Source of the DNA: Rhodothermales bacterium
Lineage (GTDB): Bacteria > Bacteroidota > Rhodothermia > Rhodothermales > BA12
Assembly: GCA_963793245.1 (NCBI GenBank)
Contig: CAWBZG010000002.1
Coordinates: 716,973 to 780,972, forward strand
DNA length: 64,000 bases
Direction: 5' to 3'
Shown here: positions 9,452 through 20,226 of the stretch, piece after piece
How positions within the stretch are numbered: the stretch's first letter is position 1
Layout of the letters: every line of letters starts with the position of its first letter
Translations under genes and position numbers: made by a program
Notes under the pieces: model-generated
Databases searched by the model: none
What the model was told of the DNA's origin: nothing
The model's input: only the letters and a program-made list of their open reading frames with translations

Positions 9452-9877
9452 ATGATGGCGCTCGACCCGGCCTACCTCGCTGAACTGGCGACGCGCATTT
9501 CGTTTATCAGCGCGCTGTTGGGCGGATTCGCGGCGGCCTTCTTCGCGACCCTTCTGGCACCGGAGCGCTCGGGGAAGTTGATCAACTGGGCAACCGGCTG
9601 CACGGCTGTCGCCGCTGTCTCGCTCATCTGCGCTGCCGTCATCATGGCGTTCATCGCGGCGGGCGTCCATCCGGCTGCGCCCACTGGGTACCAAGAGGCA
9701 GCTAGCGCCCAGACGCCTCGCACCATCAGCGTGCTCTGCCTGTTCATCGGCACGTTTGCCTTGCTGATTGCCGTCGCGCTCGGCGGATGGCTGCGGTCGC
9801 GCGCCGTCGGTATCACAGCGACGGCTGCGGCAGTCGTTGGGGGCCTGATTCTACTCTGGGCGTTCGCGGGTTTTTGA
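9452..9877 (+). CDS. small integral membrane protein (about 4 TM helices)
   Basis: The in-frame ATG at 9452 lies 3 nt after the rseP stop. The 141-aa product is made of hydrophobic helices (ISALLGGFAAAFFATLL, AVAAVSLICAAVIMAFIAAGV, LCLFIGTFALLIAVALGGWL, AAVVGGLILLWAFAGF). Confidence 0.6.
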   Translation: MMALDPAYLAELATRISFISALLGGFAAAFFATLLAPERSGKLINWATGCTAVAAVSLICAAVIMAFIAAGVHPAAPTGYQEAASAQTPRTISVLCLFIGTFALLIAVALGGWLRSRAVGITATAAAVVGGLILLWAFAGF

Positions 9878-10006
9878 GTCGACCCAAGAGTGAGTCGGGT
9901 TCAGGCGGTCGGGGCGAGGCTCGGCGTGTGCTGCTTCGGAGCACGTCCACAGTTTGGAAAGTAGTCGTCGCGGTTGGAGATTAGAACAGACTCGACCTCG
10001 ACTCCG

Positions 10007-12265
10007 ATGCGCTTCCTGATTCTGACTCTCCTCCTCGCCGCACCACTATCGGCTCAGCAAATCGAGTGGACCAACGTCGGCGGTCCCCCAGGCGGATTGC
10101 TCCCCGTCCTCCACACGACCGAATCGGGCGCACTCCTCGCCGTCGACGAAATCGGACGCATGGGCCGCTCGACCGACGAGGGCGACACGTGGTCGATCGT
10201 CGATCTCTCGGGCGTCAACGGATTCTCAAACGCACCCGGCGAAACACTCGCCGCAACAGACGTAGGTGTCTATCACTCGACCGACGATGGCGCGATGTGG
10301 ACGCTGCTGGCTTCCTCTCCGCAACCCCTTCACTCCGTTGCGCGCGTGACTGATGCGACGCTGCTCGCCACCGCAACTTCGTCCAGGCGCGAAGACCTGC
10401 AGTACCTAACCCAGGATGACGGCTCCACCTGGGATCTGATCGGCGTTGGAGGTAGTCACGTGTTTCGAGGCCAAAATGGAGTTGTCTACGCCGCTGGAGC
10501 GGGGCAACGGATCAACTATACACGTCAGAGCCGATTGCTCGAGTGGAACGACGCCGCTGCACGCTGGGATACCCTCGCTGGTCCCAACGTCGATGGACGT
10601 TTCAGCGCTCAGGTACGCGCCATAGACGCGCTAAGCGATGGGACGATCTTCGTGGCGACAGGCCAGCAGGGAACCCTCTGGTGTTCACTCGGAGGACTGC
10701 ATGTTCGTTCTCCGCAGGGCGATTGGGCCATCTACAGAGAAACCGAGATTTCGTGCTATGGCCCGTCCACTCCCGACTGGCAGACGCTCTCTATGGTGGT
10801 GAGGGGTGAGGACGTGCTGGTAGGGCGGCATGGGCAAGTGGATCGGTACGTTCCAACGGGAGCCGGAGCCTATCAGCTAGATCAGTCCTACGACGTACCG
10901 GGCGACGCCGCAGTGTACGCGTTGACCGCAAATGATAGTCGAATACTGGCTTCGTCAGCACGCGACTGCTTTATCCTGATCGACGGGCCGGGCGAATGCA
11001 CAACCGCAGGAGTAGCGGGCATAGATCGGTCGAGCGGACTCTCCAGCGAAGTGGGATTCGGAATGCAGAAGGTGCGCGTGCTCAACTCGAGTCTTTATAG
11101 ACAGCAGACGCTTGCGCTCACCGATTTCGGAGTGTGGGGCGTGGACCTATCATGCAGAGGAGCGCAGTGCCGACCCGACTGGGAGTCCATTGTCTCGCCT
11201 TCCGTAGGTCATCCTGATTTAGCGACGCGCGTCGAGCGTTCTCCTTGGATATACTTGTCAGGAGGCGAGGGAGATGGGTTGGTTGTGACGAGTGATATTC
11301 CTTTCGGGTATAGTGGGTCAGTGTGGGAAGAAGGCAAATGGCGCTATCTGGACTCCGAATATGGAGGCGTCTCCCTCACTGCCGGGGGCGACAGCTTGCT
11401 CTTTGCGACGAGTGAGCGAGACGGCACTTTTCTATCGGTTGACAGAGGGCGCACGGTTGAGCGTGTGTCGGAACGAGGGTTCTTCGAACTCAAATTTGAT
11501 TACTTCACAGGGGGACAGTTGCTGGCGGGGGGAGAGGACGGAGTGTATGCATCCGCCGACAGCGGGGCGACCTGGGAGATCTGGATCAACACGGCAAAAC
11601 TGGGGCCGGTACGCAGCATCAAGTACGGGGCAAGCGAACTCCGACTAGCCAAGACGAGCGGAGGAGCAACGCCTATTCCTCTTCTCGGCGTTCTGGCTGG
11701 GCATACCGTGTTTCGCTGGATGTCGAATACCATCGTTGAACCGGGTGAAGGGTGGACCCTGCCTGACAGCGTCGACTTGGAGAGTGCCCGTCTCGTCGAC
11801 GTAATTCACACCTGCGTGGCTACCCGGACCGAGTTGTGGTGCCCCACCGAAGGCACGGGTGAGATGGAGCGCATCTATCGTTCGTCACCTGGAGAAAGGC
11901 GTCAGATGCTTGCCGCAGTTGGAGTACAAGTTGAGGCAAACGAGTATCGCGCGGTCGTAGCAAGCGCTAGAGGAGTACTCGTGCGTGTGCAGCCAGTCTT
12001 TGTCGCAGAAGCCGAGACCCTCGCCCCGGCAAACCCAGGATTGATCGTGCATCCCAACCCCGTCGCTAACCGCGCCGGGATCACACTCCCACCCCAAGCG
12101 ACGAGCGCCACCATCTTCGACGCTATGGGACGCCGCATCGCCCGGCTCGACGTGACAGCCACAACGACCGAGTGGGACGCATCCGGCAGCGCGCCTGGCA
12201 TCTACTTCGTGCGCGTCGAAACACCGAGCGGACCGGTCAGCCGCGCCCTCGTCGTCGTTCGGTAG
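10007..12265 (+). CDS. secreted BNR/Asp-box beta-propeller protein with T9SS C-terminal sorting domain
   Basis: ATG at 10007 gives MRFLILTLLLAAPLSAQQ. Asp-box repeats are present (STDEGDTWS, STDDGAMWT, TQDDGSTWD, SADSGATWE). The C-terminus ...GIYFVRVETPSGPVSRALVVVR is typical of Por/T9SS tails. Confidence 0.8.
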   Translation: MRFLILTLLLAAPLSAQQIEWTNVGGPPGGLLPVLHTTESGALLAVDEIGRMGRSTDEGDTWSIVDLSGVNGFSNAPGETLAATDVGVYHSTDDGAMWTLLASSPQPLHSVARVTDATLLATATSSRREDLQYLTQDDGSTWDLIGVGGSHVFRGQNGVVYAAGAGQRINYTRQSRLLEWNDAAARWDTLAGPNVDGRFSAQVRAIDALSDGTIFVATGQQGTLWCSLGGLHVRSPQGDWAIYRETEISCYGPSTPDWQTLSMVVRGEDVLVGRHGQVDRYVPTGAGAYQLDQSYDVPGDAAVYALTANDSRILASSARDCFILIDGPGECTTAGVAGIDRSSGLSSEVGFGMQKVRVLNSSLYRQQTLALTDFGVWGVDLSCRGAQCRPDWESIVSPSVGHPDLATRVERSPWIYLSGGEGDGLVVTSDIPFGYSGSVWEEGKWRYLDSEYGGVSLTAGGDSLLFATSERDGTFLSVDRGRTVERVSERGFFELKFDYFTGGQLLAGGEDGVYASADSGATWEIWINTAKLGPVRSIKYGASELRLAKTSGGATPIPLLGVLAGHTVFRWMSNTIVEPGEGWTLPDSVDLESARLVDVIHTCVATRTELWCPTEGTGEMERIYRSSPGERRQMLAAVGVQVEANEYRAVVASARGVLVRVQPVFVAEAETLAPANPGLIVHPNPVANRAGITLPPQATSATIFDAMGRRIARLDVTATTTEWDASGSAPGIYFVRVETPSGPVSRALVVVR

Positions 12266-12269
12266 CATT

Positions 12270-12304
12270 GGAGACTTGGCAAGTCCGAATGGATCTGCCA
12301 GGTC
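12270..12304 (-). repeat. intergenic palindromic element, family 1, copy A
   Basis: The reverse complement GACCTGGCAGATCCATTCGGACTTGCCAAGTCTCC resembles copies at 51219 and 57607. It sits between two convergent stop codons and overlaps the eutN-like stop. Confidence 0.55.
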
Positions 12305-12581
12305 AGGGCGCGCCCTCGACCGTCCAGTCCTCCACGACGGCGACGATGATCACGTTGGCGGGCGTCGGCACGCCCATGAGTTGCTCGCTCACGGCGCCTT
12401 CCTTGGCGATCAAAACCGCGTCGCCCACGCCCGCGCTGAACCCTGGGTCGAGCGCCACCTGAATCCCGCCGCTCACGCTCCCATCTGCCGACAGCGTCCG
12501 CACGGCGAGCAGCTTGGCCGGACGCAGCGTCGCGTCTTTGCGCGGTGCAACGGCGGTTCCGACGACGCGGCAGAGGTTCAT
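12303..12581 (-). CDS. EutN/CcmL-family protein (bacterial microcompartment vertex pentamer, BMC-P homolog)
   Basis: This is the 92-aa C-terminal part of track ORF 12303..13358, starting at ATG 12581-12579: MNLCRVVGTAVAPRKDATLRPAKLLAVRTLSADGSVSGGIQVALDPGFSAGVGDAVLIAKEG...IIVAVVEDW. It aligns along its whole length with E. coli EutN (MKLAVVTGQIV...KLLMVE...AVAIDNIGAGTGEWVLLVSG...VIGIVDEV). Confidence 0.8.
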   Translation of the reverse strand: MNLCRVVGTAVAPRKDATLRPAKLLAVRTLSADGSVSGGIQVALDPGFSAGVGDAVLIAKEGAVSEQLMGVPTPANVIIVAVVEDWTVEGAP

Positions 12582-12767
12582 GGGAGCAGGAGGGTAGTGA
12601 GGTGCAAGGATAGGGACGATGCGTACGACTTGCCTGAAAAGAGCGCTTGCGTTTCGGAGCAGGCAGCAGTGAGGACGCCCCTTTCTCGTATCGCCGATAT
12701 ATAACGACGCTCCACATGCCCCGCACAGCCGCTCGTTATCTTTCGGGCCGCTCTCGACCGATCCCGA

Positions 12768-15700
12768 ATGGCTGACTCCAACCGCCCGCAACTCCCCGCT
12801 CTCGACACCCGCTCCGCGCAGACGCGTGAGGACGAACTCCGCTCCTGGTGGGAGGCGAACCGCATTTTCGAGCGCAGCATGGATCGCCCCGACGCGCCCT
12901 CGTTCGCGTTCTACGAAGGCCCACCGACGGCCAACGGACGCCCCGGCATCCACCATGCGATGGGTCGCACAGTCAAGGACGCCTTCTGCCGCTACAAAAC
13001 GCTCAAAGGCTACCGCGTCGAGCGAAAAGCGGGCTGGGACACGCACGGTCTGCCCGTCGAGATCGAAGTCGAGAAAGCGCTCGGACTCGAAGGCCGCCAC
13101 CAGGTCGAGGAGTACGGCATCGCCAAATACAACGCCGAGTGCCGCAAAAGCGTGCTCAAGTACAAGCACCTGTGGGACGACCTGACGCAGCGCATGGGCT
13201 ATTGGGTCGACCTCGACGCGCCCTACGTCACGTTCGAGAACGAATACATTGAAAGCGTTTGGCACCTGCTCAAACGATTGTTCGATAAGGGGTTGCTCTA
13301 CCAGGGCTACAAAATCCAGTGGTACAGCCCGGCCAACAACACCGTGCTGTCGTCGCACGAAGTCAGTCTCGGGTATAAGGAAGTTCAGGATCCGTCGATC
13401 TATGTCAAGGCGAAGGTTGTCGGCGAAGAAGACACGTTTCTACTCATGTGGACGACGACGCCCTGGACGACGCCGAGCAACACGCTGATGGCTGTCGGGG
13501 CGGGTGTCGACTACGTCTGGGCTGAACTGGCCGAGTCGGGCGAGCGGTTGATTCTGGCGCGCGAGCGCCTATCCGTGTTGGGCGATGCCGAGTATTCCAT
13601 CGTTGGCGAGAAGAAGGGTAGCGAGATGGTCGGAATGCGCTACGAGCCGTTCTTCGACTGGTTTGTGGGCGAAGAGGGCAGCGAAAACGCCTGGCAGGTC
13701 GTCACCGCCGACTACGTCACCACGAGCGACGGTACTGGCGTCGTCCACACCGCGCCCGCGTTCGGTGCCGATGACTTCGCGACGGGGCAGAAGCACGACA
13801 CACCGGTCTTCAACCCGGTCGAACCCGACGGCACGTTCTCGCCAGGCGTTCCACTCGTAGCCGGGATGGACTTCAAAGCCGCCGACAAGGTGCTGGCGCG
13901 CGATCTGCGCGAGCGCGGGCTGATGTTTCGGCACGAGACCTTCCTCCACAACTACCCGCACGATTGGCGCAAGGGCACGCCGCTGCTCCAATATCCCGTC
14001 CTGAGTTGGTTCGTCCGTACAACGGATTACAAAGACCGGCTCGTCGAACTCAACGAAACCATCGGATGGCATCCTGCCGGTGTCGGGACCGGTCGCTTCG
14101 GAGAGTGGCTACGCGGCAACGTCGACTGGGCGCTCAGCCGCAGCCGCTACTGGGGCACGCCGCTTCCGATCTGGACGTCCGACCGCGATCCCGAGCAGAT
14201 CGAGTGTATCGGCTCGATCGAAGAGTTGCGCGAGAAGGTCGGTGGCGAGTTTCCCGCCGACGCGATCAACCCCGAGACGGGCGAACTCGACCTGCACCGC
14301 CCCTACGCCGACGCCATCACGTGGCCCGACGGCAATGGCGGCACGATGCGGCGCACGCCCGACCTGATCGACGTGTGGTTCGACAGTGGGGCGATGCCGT
14401 TTGCGCAGTGGCACTATCCGTTCGAGAACAAGGACAAGTTCGAGCAATCCTTCCCGGCTGACTTTATCGCCGAGGGCGTCGACCAGACGCGCGGTTGGTT
14501 CTACACGCTCCACGCCATCGCCGTGCTTCTCGAAGACAGCGTGGCGTACAAAAACGTCGTCGTCAACGGACTCGTCCTCGACGCCAAGGGCGAGAAGATG
14601 TCCAAGTCGAAGGGCAATGCCGTCGACCCATTCGCTACGCTCGACGCGTACGGCGCCGACGTGGTGCGCTGGTACATGATGAGCAATGCGCCGCCGTGGG
14701 AAAACCTGCGCTTCGACGAAAAGGGCCTGCAAGAGACACGAAGCAAGTTTTTCGGCACGCTCGAAAACGTCTACTCCTTCCTCTCGACCTACGCCGCTCT
14801 CGACAGCGCCCGACTGGTCGACGGCGCCCGATCTGGCGAGCCGCCCCGAACTCGATCGCTGGATCGTCAGCCGTCTCCACGGTCTCTACGCCGACGCTGA
14901 CGAAGCCCTCGCAGAGTACAACCCAACCAAAGCCGCCCGCGCCGCTGAGACGTTCGCCGACGACCTCTCAGTAACTGGTACCTGCGCCGCAGCCGCCGCC
15001 GCTTCTGGAAGGGCGAATCGGACGCCGACAAACTCGCAGCTTATCACACCGTCCACGCCTGCCTGCTCGGACTGGCGCACGTCATCAGCCCCATCGCGCC
15101 GTTCTTCGCCGACGATCTGTACCGCAAACTGACAGCCGTCGTCCCAGGCGACGTACCCGAGTCCGTCCACCTGAGTCGCTTCCCCGACGCCGACGAGACC
15201 GCGCGCGATAGGGATCTGGAACGCCGAATGGAACTGGCGCGCACGATCTCGTCGCTCACGCTTGCGGCTACGCAACGAAGCCGCCCAAGGCGTCCGGCAG
15301 CCGCTCGAGCCGGTTGCTCGTCGTCGTCGGCCCAGACGCCGCCCAAGCCGACGTGGAAGCCGTCCGAGGCGTGATCCTGGACGAGGTCAACGTCAAAGCC
15401 ATCGAATACGTCGACGCCGCCAGCGACTTCGTCACGCGCTCCGTCGCCCCCAACTTCCGCGTTCTGGGCAAGAAGCTCGGCAAAGGGATGAAAGCCGCCG
15501 CCGCCCGCATCGGCCGAGATGACCGACGGCGAAGTCGACGAGTACGTCGCCCAAGGCAGCGTCACCCTCGACTTCGATGGAACGATGCTCGTCCTCGACG
15601 AAGGCGATCTGACCGTCAAGAGCGAAGGCGTCGAAGGCTGGCTGGTGGCAAGCGAAGGCGGCGTAACCGTCGCCCTCGACACCGCCCTCACGCCCGAACT

Positions 15701-15965
15701 GATCGCCGAAGGCCTGGCCCGCGAAACCGTCAACCGCATCCAAAACCTCCGCAAAGACGCCGGACTCGACGTATCCGACCGCATCGCCCTACGCCTCACA
15801 ACCGACTCCGAAGAACTCACCGCCGCCCTCGACACCCACCGCGCCTACATCTATGGGGAGACGTTGGCGTCGGAGATGGATGCGGAAGGGGAGCAGGACG
15901 CTGCTTTGGAAACGGAGATCGGTAAATATGTGCTCGGTATCCGGTTGCGTCGAGTAGAAGGCTGA
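12768..15965 (+). pseudogene. ileS: isoleucine--tRNA ligase, reading frame broken about 5 times in the last third as sequenced
   Basis: HIGH-type PTANGRPGIHH and KMSKS (GEKMSKSKGN) lie in frame 0 up to about 14826. The conserved C-terminal blocks are then spread over three frames: ELDRWIVSRL, DLS-NWYLRRSRRRFWKGE, VRQPL, LDEVNVKAIEYV and the final EMTDGEVDEYV...RLRRVEG*. Confidence 0.9.
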
Positions 15966-15998
15966 CGCTCTCTACCTCTATAGATTGGTTAATCTCGA

Positions 15999-18688
<2,690 letters not shown>

Positions 18689-18997
18689 GTGGTGGAGGGC
18701 GATGGCCTTCGGCAAGTTGGCGGAGGCGAGTGGGGGAGAGTCCGTCTGACTGGTATCTGCTCGTGGGGTTCGAGGAAATACCGTTTTGCCGACCCACTCA
18801 GATCAGACAGAATAACGCAGCGCTACATTGCCTGAGCGCAGATGCATTGCCCGCATTGATACCGGAACGCCGCCCATTGGCGTTTCGTAGCATACTGCTC
18901 TCCGGTCGCCGCTATGACCAGAGCCGCTTCCGCTGATATACGGACGCTCGACGGGCGTCCGTTTCTGTTTTTCCATCCTACGACTTTCCTTTCCGAC

Positions 18998-19519
18998 ATG
19001 GCTACCGATCCCACCCCCGCCAAACCGATTACCGAAACCGACAACCCCGCCGACCGACTCTCGGGCGACATCCTTCAGGTGCCGCTCCACGATGATCCCG
19101 ATCTGGAAGCCGTCGTAGCCGGTGCGACCGAGGTCGAAATCAAGCCAGGCGATACACCGCTCGAAACCGAGGACCTGGAGTTTTTCAAAAAGCTGATTGA
19201 GAAGCGCAAAGCCGAAGCCACCGACGACATCGCTCGGATGAAGGAGCACTTGGCGAACGCGCGCGAGCAGTCCGAAAACGATACGGCCTTCAGTTCGCAC
19301 ATGGCCGACGCCGGAACAGACGCGATGGAGCGCGAGAAGCTGCACCTGATGGTAGCGCGCCAGCAGAAATACGTCGGCTATCTCGACCGCGCGCTGGAGC
19401 GCATCGAGAACCACACGTACGGCATCTGCAAGGTGACCGGCAAGCCGATCAGCAAGGAGCGTCTCAAAGCCGTTCCTCACACCGAAATTTCCATCGAAGC
19501 CAAGCGCCAGCAGGGGTGA
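18998..19519 (+). CDS. TraR/DksA-family zinc-finger-type protein
   Basis: ATG at 18998. The C-terminal block DRALERIENHTYGICKVTGKPISKERLKAVPHTEISIEAK is the Bacteroidota-type DksA/TraR motif. Its position between ileS and lspA is conserved. Confidence 0.8.
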   Translation: MATDPTPAKPITETDNPADRLSGDILQVPLHDDPDLEAVVAGATEVEIKPGDTPLETEDLEFFKKLIEKRKAEATDDIARMKEHLANAREQSENDTAFSSHMADAGTDAMEREKLHLMVARQQKYVGYLDRALERIENHTYGICKVTGKPISKERLKAVPHTEISIEAKRQQG

Positions 19520-19563
19520 TGGTCGGCTGCTGCTGATCCTCGTCCGGCCCGCCGCCCGACTCT

Positions 19564-20226
19564 ATGCGCGTTCTCTGGGTTACGGCCCTCGTCCTCTTCA
19601 TCGACCAGGTCACCAAGACGATCGTCGTCCAGACGATGCGGCTCTACGAGTCCATTCCGCTGATCGGCGACGTATTCAAGTTCACCTACACGACCAATCC
19701 GGGTATCGCATTCGGACTGACGTTTGGTCCGCAGTGGCTCACGTCGGCGTTCGCGCTCGTCGCTACGACGGTCATCTGTGTCTATCTGTGGAGCGTGCGC
19801 GATTCGCTCCTGTCGTTTCGGTGGAGCCTCGCGATGATTCTGGGTGGGGCGCTAGGCAATATCGTCGACCGCGCCTTCTATGGGCTGATCTACGGGCGCG
19901 GTGGGCTGCATCCGTTCTCGATAGAGCCGACGCTATTCCATGGCCGAGTCGTCGACTTCATTCACATCGACCTGTATGGGGGCGGGCTGATCAATCTGCC
20001 CCTGATCGGAGAGGTACCTTTTCCGCCTCTGTTTCCGATCTGGAACGTCGCGGATATGGCCATCGTGGTGGGAGTCGTCGGCTACGTGGTGTTCCACGGA
20101 CGCTACCTCAAAGACGCCCAAGCCCGGCTCGAATCCCACCGCCGCGAGATGGAACGCACCGCCCCAATTCCGTCGCCGCTCGTACCCAAGACGGATGTGG
20201 TTTCTGGAGAAGAGCACAGTCTATAG
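19564..20226 (+). CDS. lspA: lipoprotein signal peptidase (signal peptidase II)
   Basis: 220 aa with LFIDQVTK, NPGIAFG, GGALGNIVDR, VVDFI and FPIWNVADMAI. Confidence 0.9.
   Translation: MRVLWVTALVLFIDQVTKTIVVQTMRLYESIPLIGDVFKFTYTTNPGIAFGLTFGPQWLTSAFALVATTVICVYLWSVRDSLLSFRWSLAMILGGALGNIVDRAFYGLIYGRGGLHPFSIEPTLFHGRVVDFIHIDLYGGGLINLPLIGEVPFPPLFPIWNVADMAIVVGVVGYVVFHGRYLKDAQARLESHRREMERTAPIPSPLVPKTDVVSGEEHSL

Noticed and set aside
12582-13358. N-terminal 259 codons of track ORF 12303..13358
   Set aside because: This portion overlaps the ileS start region on the opposite strand and has no protein-like features. Only the last 92 codons (the EutN-like part, with its own ATG) look real.
14780-15530. 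Programmed ribosomal frameshifting or other recoding in ileS and the other broken genes
   Set aside because: There are five shifts in both directions within 700 bp, with no shared slippery heptamer or downstream structure that I can see. The breaks fall within conserved blocks rather than at a regulatory position. Simple indels explain them better.
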